Of a stretch of 64,000 nucleotides of DNA, positions 11,601 through 23,600 are shown in pieces (within the stretch, counting starts at the first letter, position 1; the number at the start of each line of letters is the position of its first letter). Location of the stretch: assembly GCA_030265395.1 (NCBI GenBank), contig JARFYF010000104.1, positions 35,588,672 through 35,652,671 of the forward strand, given 5' to 3'. The position numbers and the translations under genes are program-made. Under the pieces are notes generated by a model that had not been told where the DNA came from, did not search any database, and saw only the letters and a program-made list of their open reading frames with translations. The DNA is from Rhina ancylostomus. Its lineage: Eukaryota.

Positions 11601-14600
11601 TAGACACCTCCGTTTCCTGGCACAAATGGGTGCACTAGGCCACCACATGATAGGAATGGGAGGAAGAGATGATCTGATGAGCAAGGCAAGCTGCCTGTAG
11701 GAGCAAGAGGCGGAGAGGTCAAGGAGTGGTGAAGGCAGCTCACCAGGCAACAGTGTCCATTGAAGGTGTTCAGGAAGCAGTCACAGTATGTAGATCTGAC
11801 AGAGGAGAATTAACAACTGAGACCCCACTTCTTCAGGGAGATTGAGATCTCCCTTATGTCTTAAGCCACACAATGATGCATGGACCGTTCTGCGTCTGGA
11901 AGTAATCATCATCATTCTTTCTCTTGAAGCGTCATTCCAGAGCGATTCTGGTTAAGCTGCAAGGTGTCACAAGATGTAGCTTTCTATGCCTTAAGGAAGT
12001 AACAGGCCTCTGTTATCCAGGAAAGACAACTTCATCTTCTTCTTGAGAGCAGCACAGAGCCCATCACTGAGCTTCCCAGTGATGCATTGTGTGACTGACT
12101 GCTATTACATTTGCTTGAAAGCTTCAGCTCAGAATGCAGATCTATACCATAACTAACGGTCAATGCTAGACTCTGAAGGAGCCCGCATAATCACCTTATC
12201 CTCTAGACCACTGGATGGCTGCTTGGTGGACAAAGATTATGGGGACACCAGCTCCTGATTCCACTCAGTGTTACATTCATAGAATGCTCTCACAATAAAA
12301 GACCTGTTGCCTCCTTTAATCACTATAGATCCTGGTGGTTACCTGCACCTTGGAATCAAACAGGTATCCCCTGCTAGCAGCTGCAGAGAAGAGAGAAGAG
12401 GAAGAGACCGAATAGCAATGTAGAAGGTGCTGACCTGTTCCTTTCCAGTACATACTCAGGAAGAGACATGATGTTCAGCAGCTCCGTTAAGGGGAAGCCC
12501 AAGGAGAAATGCCAAAGTTCAGATAATGAAGCAGGTCTTGGCTATAAGACATGGACGACATTGTGGCTTTGTGGCAAGCAACACCTGTGCCACATGCAAT
12601 GAGAGAGTCTTGTCACTTACTCTTGATATTCAAAAGTCACTGTTGTTGTTGAATCCCACATCAGCAAGACCCCAGGTTTACTGCTGATCAGAAATTTAAC
12701 TGGATGGGCCTCTTCATTGTTGTGTTTATAATGGTACTTAAGAAGCTGGGATCCTGTAGTGAGAAAGTCAACTGACTCCACAAAGCCTTTCCACTATGGG
12801 CAAGGTACAAGTCAGGAGCACAACGGAATACTCGCCACTTGCCTGGATGGGAGCCCCAGTAACACCCGGGATACTTGAAACTATCCAGGACACAGCCCGC
12901 TTGATACATGAGCAACAATCTGCTGGAGGAACTCAGCAGGCCGAGCAGCCTCTGTGGGANNNNNNNNNNNNNNNNNNNNNNNNNNNNNNNNNNNNNNNNN
13001 NNNNNNNNNNNNNNNNNNNNNNNNNNNNNNNNNNNNNNNNNNNNNNNNNNNNNNNNNNNGAAGAAGTCAGCATATCGAGCAGCATCTGTGGGAGGAAAGG
13101 AACTGTCAATGTTTTGGGTCGAAACCCTGCATCAGGACTTGCAATATGCTTCACTCACTGCTTGAATTCTCTCTCTCAGCACAAATGGCACGATATGACT
13201 GTTGTAGATGAACAGATTGTGGGATAAGAGGAATGTGGAATGTGAGAAAGAAGAACAGGTATGGACATGCCATCGTCTTCCGTGTTCTCTATATCACTGC
13301 TGGATCTGGATCCAATGATGGTCATACTCTCTTTGAGACCAGTAAGTGATGGAAATGGCCATGTCCCTTGCCAATTTGTTATTGTCTCCTGCAAGAGAGG
13401 GAGGGGATTGTGTGGGTGTGTATCTTGCAATGGGTCTGGGGGATTTGCCTGCCATTGTTGAATTAATGGCAATGTGTGCAAGCTGTGAGATGTAGGTGTA
13501 ATGCTTGTAGCAGTGAGAAACATGTGAAAATATGGTGCAGTTTATAAATGTTAGGTAAGGTTGACATACTGATGGAGATTATTAGGAGGTGAGGAAAGCA
13601 CAGACAGATGAGTTTGCCTCATGGCCTAAGCAAAAGACAAGACTTGGTGACTACACCACTGTGTACAGGACCTTGGCACTTTACTCCTGGATTGTGACCT
13701 CCTCCTACTGAAACTTCACAATGGTTGGCTTCCTGTGGATAGACCACCTTTCTCTTTCTCTTCACCTCATCCAATGAAGCATCTGTGGCAGAGGACAAAA
13801 ACTGGGGTGTCCATTCTCATCCTGGTCTTCTTCCAACATGGAGAATGACTTCCACTGACCGCCAGTACCCTAGATGTCTCCCCATCAGTTCCTGTGAGCC
13901 ATCGGGCACGGTGGTGGTTTAAAGAAGTAACGACACCTCCCATTTCAGATATGAGGTATGGCCTCAGTCAGAGCTACCTGGAATCAACTGGTGCTCTTCC
14001 CCCACAAAATATGATCCCATGGATATCCACCAGGGCACTCAGAAGTCTCAAAGCCAGATAACAAAGTGGAAGCACAGACTGTACGTGCAACCTGTACCTA
14101 GTCAAAGGACAAAGCTTGACACAGATTGAGATCCCAATGCATGTTTTCCAGTGGCATTCATTAATACTTCCACCCCTCCCTATGGTGAGCACAACACTAT
14201 TCTGTGCATGGCAGAGTTAAGTGCTAGTGGTCAACATTACTGCCACAATTCTCCTGTACCTACATGACACAAGTTCGCTCCACCTTCTGCTGAGCTGAAA
14301 GAAACATAATACTAAATAGCCAAGTGGAAGTCATCATTTAGCATGCTGCTCAGCTCTGTCCTGTGGCCTTGCACTTTAATGGGCTGCCTCAGCTACTTTT
14401 CATTTTCCTCTTCCATCATGTCCAGCAAAATAAGATATAGTAGCACAAAATCATTTCTATGTGAACTGACAGAGTTAACTTACACGTTAAAATGCCTCTT
14501 GGTTGATCCTCTGTTAACTCAGTGACAATTTCATCACAATGCAGTGTCGGTAACAAGGCAAATGTATAATTGTACATGTTGTCTGTAATTGCTATTTAAA

Positions 14601-17600
14601 CTGCACCCTCCCAAAAAATTAATGTGGCACTTGTGTGCCTTATATTAGTCTTGTCCCATGAAACAAAACTATTCTAATGCTCTTTTGATCTTAATGCACT
14701 GAAATTCCACACATCAATGCATATTTAAGTATGTCATCCCAACATGGAGTAATTTCACTCATTTTTAAATGCTACAAAGCAGTTTTATAACTCTAACAAA
14801 TGCTAACTAATCACTAAGAACATATTAAATACACTTTTAGATAGTAGCTAATATCTGGTTATGGAAAATACTGAGTCAAAATGGAACAAGAGAATCACTT
14901 ATGCTTGCTGGAATTTTGAATTACACAGCAATACCAACACACTTCCGAATCATCTCTTTCAATAATTGCCATAAACTGCTACAGTCTGAAGAAACACAAG
15001 GTAAATTTGGGTAATTTGCTCTCAAGAAAGGACAAACAGAATCTGTCCATTTTTGTTAAAGTGTTAGTAGGGACAGGAAGTCCATAAACTTAAACAAGCC
15101 TGATTTTCCATGGGCTGTCAGTATTTTGACTGCAGTTTCCTTTCTCCATTTCCTTTAGATGAAGCATATGTGGAATGTGACCCAACTTCCTTCTCACTAT
15201 ATCTATACAGTCAGCCTTCACCTTGGCAGTCCTGTGATTTGTCTTTATGTCAAACCGTCAATCATAACCCAGGACACAATGAGAACATGGAACCTTTGGG
15301 ATCCTGAATACAGCACACTTCCTTGCACTCCTGAAAAGTTCCCTGTTGGGGGAAGGGCAATCTTACATTGGTGTGGTTTTCCATTCATCATGTTATCATT
15401 ACAGCTGCATCCTTTGTGAGACCATCACTTCCATCAACCACCACACTTTAAAGAAAAGAATTGCAACCCAACAATTCTAAAACATAGCGTACGAGTCAAT
15501 CATGGGATGTCAAATTATTCCGGACACATGTGTTGCTTTATCAACTTTGAAGACTTAAAGCCAGAGGAATATGCATGTTAATTTATCAAATGGAAGAACA
15601 CGACTTATGCATTGTATAACAACCAGAAGTAATCACAGAAATGTAGGACTCAGTCTAGTAGATGAAGCCAACTACAGGTCCCATACACTGCTACATATCT
15701 GCTGTAGTACATTTGTGCTGCTACAGATGTTCTCTATAGGATACTTTGGAGGAGTGAGAGTGGGTAGCTGGTGGCATGTCTTCCATCTTGTACAACCAAT
15801 TATAATTTGCGTTATAATCTTTTCATCAATCACCCAAACCTAACAAATAGATTGAAACTTTAGTGACCAATCATTGGTCATCTTGCTCAAGAAATAGCAC
15901 CAGAAATTTTGGACTTAATTTCAACTACAACCTATTAACTATCAGGTTTAACCAAACTAATATATACTATATTCAGTTGCATAGCAATTCCAGTTTGGTG
16001 GATGAAGTATTTAAGAATGTCTTCCTTACCAAGTTGAGGGGCTGTTAGTCAAATTTAATTTTGCAAATATTAGTTCTTTTTTCCTATAATAGAGGTTTTT
16101 CTGCCAATAAACAAAATGTGCTATGTGCAAATGCAGATTCCTGATACGAAACATGGGTTATACTTTATTATATCTATCAGAGTGTCCAAATAAGGATTCT
16201 GGTTTCATCCGTATACGGTGTTGAAGATCAGTCCAGTGGAAGAACTACTGAACTTCCCTCAGTTTGGGGAATTACCCTGTCATTAAAAAAAAATAACAGT
16301 GGAAAACTGAAACTGTTCCAATGCATGAATTTAATTCACCTCAGACTTCAGTTCAGATACTAAACACAATTTCAGTCTACACTATACCAAATGAAGGTGA
16401 ATCTCAACCAGAAGCACCTGGAGATAAGACATGTATTACAGCATGTAAGGAAAATTGATTCTGGTGATTGCCTTCAGATATATCAAAGCAGTAAGGGGGA
16501 AAGGAAGCATTTATTTTTTTAATGAATGGAGTCACTCCTGTGCTTGTCACATGTAGCTCTATGTAAATGCTAACACTGCATTTCTTATTGACAATATGTA
16601 CATTGTTAACATTTCCAATTGCTGGATCAATTCTTAAAAATGCAATGCTCGATTTGTAGTCAGTATATTGTAATCTCACTGCTTAAAAATGCAGGTTTTC
16701 TGGTGCTGATACAATTTGCTCACTTGATACCTTGTGATTTTTTTTAAATGTGTTGCTATTCATTTCTAATCGTTACAATTGCTCATTAACCTGACTGGCC
16801 AATTAACTACATATACAGACGGAGCAAGCAGTGTACTGATTTTGCTTGTTGCTGTTTCGATGAGTGCGACAGACCTATTTTGTATGCTCTAATTAGTTAT
16901 AGATAGACACTGCAACAAACTGCCACCAACTACCTCATGCTGCTTGATTAACGGCCATGCCACAGATGTCAGACAGAGACCATGACTATAGATTCCCATC
17001 AAGATTCAGACTTCCTTTATACTGACAGATGAAAGAGCTCTAAGTAGTTAGAAAACTATAAGCCATGTCCTGTCTTTCTCTATGCATTCTGCCACGTTTG
17101 CATCACTTTGAAAAGAAACTACCGGTTTCAGCAGATTAGTATTTCAGAGACTAATATACCTGCATACAAAAGCATTAAATGAACACTTATAGTTGCCCCA
17201 AGTTAATAGACTAACCCCACATACATTCACTAAGATGCCTTTGTTTAGATAGATAGCGGAATTATATTTTGGATCAATTGACACGAGGATTGTAACAGGG
17301 TGCTATCAAAATTTTATTTGTTTAATTGACTTTTTCCCACGATAGTATGTTCTGTAAAGTATTACCCTCTGATTTTTGTGGCTTGGTACTTTTGCAATTA
17401 AAGATTACAGGGTAAAATATTAGCAAATACATCTGTGCTCAGAGTAGCTAAGGATCTCAGAGCAACATTATTTATTATTAAAGCTGAATGACACATGGAA
17501 TCTAGAATGTTGCTTCTTGTAAGCAACTTTACCACACTTTTATTCAATGAAATGACTGCAGAAGTAGTAAAGAGATGCAGCTTATCCCACTACAGGCCTG

Positions 17601-20600
17601 ACATAGCTTTGCTGTCCACAATTCATCTGTAGAAAAATTCCAGGTTTTTCTTGGAACACAAGCCACTTAACAATGCCATAACAGAGCATATGGTCATATG
17701 ATATTGTACCGCAGATATATAAATCACAATGCAGGCAGCAACAGCAAAGCGAGAAGGGTTACACAACTGATGTTATTTATACTAAGGGTCACCACCTATT
17801 AAAATATCTGGTGTTAAAAAGATCCATGTTAATTCATTCTTCCCATTATTTTTCCCCTTTTCTTGGCTCATATGTAATGATAAATATTTATTTTGTTGAT
17901 TTATTCTGACCTTTCTATTTATGTTCATTTTATTTTTTGCTGTATAAGTGCAAAGGAATAAGTATCTAACACTGTAAAGCAGATAAGCAATAAAAGCTTT
18001 CTTCTCAATTCATATCTCTAGAGCACTATATAGAATTCAAGTGTCTTCATCCAATTCATTTATATTCACTTTGCTTTCAAGCTCATAAACTACAATTCTG
18101 TGTTATATGTACAAAGATAACTATTAAAGTTGTTTACTTACAAAAGTGGCATAACATTTTCACTTTTTATTCCTTAACTATTCTTAATGTAAATGCAGAA
18201 ATTACAGATGATGGATGCATATTTAAAATATACCACATACTGGTCTGACCAATTAAAGTTCATTTCTAACACACTGCAATTTTCTATTTCATGCTAGATT
18301 TGTTAACGCTATTTCAAGTATATTGCAAAACTACCAGCTGCTTTGTATGATTAACTTACATTTATTTCTAAGCTATACACTTCAGATAAATTGATAACAG
18401 CACTTTTTGTTTCAATAATTTGTACAAGGGATATGAACATTGCTGCTAATGCCACTTCTGATAGCCTCTAGTTAATTTAAAATAGAGAAAAACTGAACTG
18501 ACTGCCATTTAGTTTGACAGGGCTCTCTATAATGAAAGATTGTTTACATGTTACAGAGAAATTATGAATGTGTAAATNNNNCTTTATTATGATTATACTA
18601 AATCTAGACACAATAGAAATTTTCACTGTTGGATTTAAATTGGTCATGGCTCATGAAAAGAATAGAATTTGTGTCTGTATGAAATATATAAGACCGCTTC
18701 AATCTGTTAAACAAACTTAAAATTTGAATTTGGAATACTTAATTCTGAAGTAATAATGTTTTGGGGAGGGTATAGAAAGAAGCATAAAGAAATTTTTCCT
18801 TACATTTCTGCTCTTATTGGTTATATGTTGTTAAAACTGTACTAGGAATGACAAGGCAGTAGTTCTCATCAGAGACCTAATTTATTGCAGTTTGAGGTCT
18901 TGCTTCCATGAATTGATTCTGCTGTGGCTATGAAACATAATTTTGTTTTTGGGCAATAAAAACCTCCTAATATCAAAGTTTTCAATAACAAGGTAGTATT
19001 GCATTTGATGTTTATGATCATTTTCTAGGAAGAATTTGATCACACATTAAATCCCACCAGATAAGAATAGGACATGATCAGAAGAGCTTCTAACACATGA
19101 AACTACTTCTGATGGCATTCAAACAAAACCACTAAATACTTATGCTTTCTAGAATTAAAAAAAACATAAACAAAAGAAGCATTGATGATTCCTGAACATG
19201 AAGCATCCATCAATAGAAGAGATGAGGTTTCAAATCAGTGAGTTGTTGATATAAGTTGGCGTAGAGATGGGAGAAAATCTGATTATATCTTACAGCATAA
19301 TACACTCAATAACCTCATATTACAGCTTCAGGGTTAATTTATGTTCTTTGCAGAACCATACCTGGGTGACTAATAGAGGGGCAGTGTGCCAAAATTACCT
19401 CATTCACTCAGCTAAAGTTCCCTTTGAAAAAGGACCATGTGCAGCTCTGTCTTAAAGTCATTTGGTCATCTCATTTCTCTGGCAGTATTGTCTGCAAATC
19501 TTCTTGCAGCGTTCAACATACCGTGCATGAGGTTTTAGATGAATATGGTATTTTCATTCTGAAAATCTGACTATTTTAAGGGAAATTTAATCAAAAATAT
19601 TAAAAGGGAAAATTGCAAGGAGTGGCTACAAATAAATATGACAGAAAAGGATGGAGAAGCAAAACCGTTAATTATTACGTTGTGGCTTTTGTGGTTGGTG
19701 TTCAGATGTTCAAAAATGAGCACTTGAGGTTATTCTGGCAAAGAGACATTGTTTAAGCAATAATGGACATATGCATGCACTTTATTGCAAACTTAATGTT
19801 GAAGCCATCAATTTGTCATGGATATTGCTTTCTCAATTTACCATGGCTGTGCCTATCAAGTCAGCGACTCTGTTCAATCATATTTCAAGGAGTGTTTACA
19901 TTTTAGTCATTTTATTAAATGCTGAATTACGGTAGAATGCTATGCCAAATCCTGTAATGTTTATATATATCTTGCCTATCAATACTTAAGTCGTAACATT
20001 TAATGACAGGAAGACATCATTAATTGACAATCTGAGTATTGTTTCAGCACATGAGAGCAGTGACAGGGAGATACCTCAGCACTACTAAGAATTACTCTTA
20101 TTTCATGATTTGTACATAAATCATATTTACCGACCACCACAGGTATTTATACATTTATGACAAATTCTGTGAAGGAACAAAATAAATAATTTATTAGATT
20201 TTCAAATAATTTAAGCACCATCAATAAGGATGCCTATTGTAGATTTATTGAGTAGCACAGCACAGAAATGGGCCCTCAAATCCACCACACACATGTCAAC
20301 TGTTGTACCTTCTATACTAATCCCATTTGCCTGGATCGGATGTTAGATGTCTCTCAGTCTCCCAGCCATCCCCTTTTATTTTGTGATGAAACTTTGAACC
20401 AATGGTGTCTGAGGACAAATGTTGGTGCATCACACTGATAGTCCAGGTGAAGATCAAAGGCAATCTCAGAGCTCGTGACAATTCAGTTGTGTATCCTTCC
20501 CCTCTAACTCACACACTATCACCAATGTTGTATTTGAAGGAAATGAGTGCTGGGGTCTTAATGTGATTCACAAAATTGGTTGTAAATTATGTGCAGTTGT

Positions 20601-23600
20601 TGGCTGTCAAGTTGAGAGATCATCAGTACGCCTGCTTAAGTTTACTTTGAAATCACTGCAATGGACAACTTAAGTCATCTGTCCCTTCCATGGAGAAAGG
20701 CTGTTAAATTGATGGAGAAAATTCAACCCTGGAGTTTTTCATGGAAATATCTGACTCTAGAATCAAACCAAATGATGCATGGGATCAGAGAATGGGGAGA
20801 TCATTCAGCCCAGTGAGTCTGTACTGGCTCTTTTGGAAGTGTAATCTCACTCCCCACTCTTTTCCTGTATCCTTGCAGTTGTATTTTCACCAAGCATTTG
20901 CCTGATTTCTTTTCGTTGGTTACGCAACACATGCTGACAGAAGGTCAGTTAATTGTGGAGAAGGGTTTTGATTCATCTTTTAAAAACCTACAGGAATGTT
21001 AGCTGTCTTCTTTCACAAATAATTGTACTCTTAAGTTCTTCTGATGACAACATTTAGCAGCTATGTGTTCCCACCACTTCAGCAGTCAAGACTCCCATAG
21101 CAATTCAACAACACATGGAACACTAACAGTGTGATTAGTAATGCTGTTGTGAACTCTTGTTTATCCTACAATTAATGAAGCAATGGGAGCCATATTAGGA
21201 TTCTCATCACAACCAGAGCCTCATTATGTTTTGGAGAGGGGAGGGGAAGTGGTATTCACTACTGTAAAGGCAAAAATAGGCTAAGTTACCTGTTGGTTTC
21301 TCACCAACTGTTTTATATATGAAAGGCTTAGAGGATCAATGGTGTGCTAATGCTATGAATCTGTAATTGTATATATCTAGACAAAGAGTGACAGGAATTG
21401 CGCCCACCTGCTGCTGGTGTAGAAAGGCTGGGTCCCTTGAGCTGAGTCCCACAAATTGCCGGTTGGCAGGGGGTGTACCTGAACCTGTATAGGCTGGTAA
21501 AGACAAAGAGAAGTTAGAATCAATTCAATAGGCCTTTTGCAAACTGTTATATATAAACCTTTCATTGCATTATTAAAGCAAACTGTTTTATATGGCAAAC
21601 TTCTCAGATATGGAGGCAGAATATATTTTTAAGTTAAAAATAAAATAGAAATGCTTGAAGTATTCAGCAAGTCAGATAGCTCCACAGATATTCCTTGACT
21701 TGCAGAGTACTTCCAGCACTTGTTTTACTTCAGATTTCAAGCATCTGCAGTATTTTGCTTTGGATTTTTAAAAAAAACTCAGCAAAAAATAGCAACTGGT
21801 ACCTATGCCTATCTTAACACTTGGGGTAAAACAGCTTGAGTATTGCTCCTGGCAATACTAACGTAAGAATTCATTCAATGAGACATTTCTTTGTCTGCCT
21901 TTTTAAGAGGAGACATTAATTTTCTCTAATGAGTTAACATCTGCTAAAAGAAATCACATACAGTGGAATGCCATGTGATCAGTTCNNNNNNNNNNNNNNN
22001 NNNNNNNNNNNNNNNNNNNNNNNNNNNNNNNNNNNNNNNNNNNNNNNNNNNNNNNNNNNNNNNNNNNNNNNNNNNNNNNNNNNNNTCAATAATTAGCTTA
22101 ACAAAATGAATCTTGTTTCTTTACAATGTGTTCTGGCTTAATTCTGAAGATCGCCCTTTGCCCTAGATTTCAATGGATATTATCATGTTTTTATCACTGT
22201 CAGATCAAATTAGCAAATTTCAGTGCATTGACAGCTTTTGGTTCTTGGAATACAAGGAGTGGTCCAATCCAACATCTAAAGGTTAAAGTAATTGCCTGAC
22301 TGTTTGAGTTAACTGCTGGAGACATACCATTAGAGTGGAGCAAGGAACATCTCTTCTTTCAGGAAAACCATCTTTCTGAATAAACTGACAGCTGTCATCT
22401 TTTTAAGGATGGAGAGCATAGGGTGTACATAGATAAAATTTTGTGATCTTGGTGAAAAACAGTATGAATCCAACCTTTGAACAGAACCCCATTTCGAAAG
22501 TTATCTCTAGCCAGATGTGTTTAGAGGTGACGTTTGGTAGCAGCTGCACATTCTATTGTACTTTCCAATATTCATTTGATTAATTTCAATAGACTGTATC
22601 TTATAATTGCAGTAGGGCACTCTACTACCACTGAACAGTTCAGCTTTGCTAATTTCTAAGCAATCATCCCATATTATTTGAAAGTTTGCTCTAGTGCCAG
22701 GAGAGCAAAGCACCTGTCAGGAACATCTTCCTTTCACACTTGTAATCTTTGATTAGTTTATGATTTTGGACTTCAGCTGGCTTTTCAGTTTTAATTGGTG
22801 GTTTTACATCAAAGTAATTTTTCAAAAGGTATTGGTGCAAAAAGTGCTGAAGCAAAATAAATGGGTATTCCGAGACTAGGGAGTAATGTTTAACAGAGAT
22901 GACTTAAATACAAATTTTTTTTGTGTAACCGTCTATTCAGATTGTAAGTGTGACCAGAGTTTCTGGTTGTCTACACTTTTAATTTTCTATCTTACTCTGA
23001 TTTTCTTCAATGTACCACACTGTTGAGTAAAGTTCAATGTAAGCTTGAGAAATGGTACAATATCTTTCACCTATGTTTAACCCAATCTCCTAAATACAAC
23101 ATTAAGTTCGACCAATTTAGGTAATGATTCTGCTGTTTCACCTCGACCAGACCTTTCTTCTATTGTTTTGCACATTCTATTACTGCCCCCCCTTAACTTG
23201 TACAATCAACAATTTTATCATTTAATTGTTCCTCCTTCTACCCCATTCTAGGTCTGCCCTTTTCTTCCTCCATCTTTCTCTGCACCTTAAAACATGCTTT
23301 CTCTCTGATCTTTTTCACTTCTGGTGAAGGGTCACTGATCTGGAATGTTACCTCTGTCTCTCTCTAACCTGCTAAGTGATCTCTAGCAGTTTCAGTTTTT
23401 ACCTTACCAAAGCTGTACAATGTACGAATTGTGAAATTTATCCTGCAGTTGGTTTGAATGGAAATGGTAACATTTGAAATAAGCAAAAAAAGTCCCCTCA
23501 GTATATAAAAATAAAATTGAAATCTGGAAGAAAATCATCTTTGAAAATACTGAGACCGAATCTCTTATTGAATTTATTATTGTTTATTTTTGGCACCAAT

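Larger units (their letters stand above)
11600..13900. mobile_element. Degenerate Harbinger/PIF DNA transposon (nuclease relic on +, probable Myb/SANT partner relic on -), interrupted by later insertions
   Basis: Frameshifted relics of FP.V.G.IDC.H..L.A (about 12070-12130) and GWLLGDKGYG (about 12214-12245). Minus strand about 13730-13820 resembles the APRF...LL.EV..RR.VLYP Myb-like start. Boundaries approximate. Confidence 0.45.
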
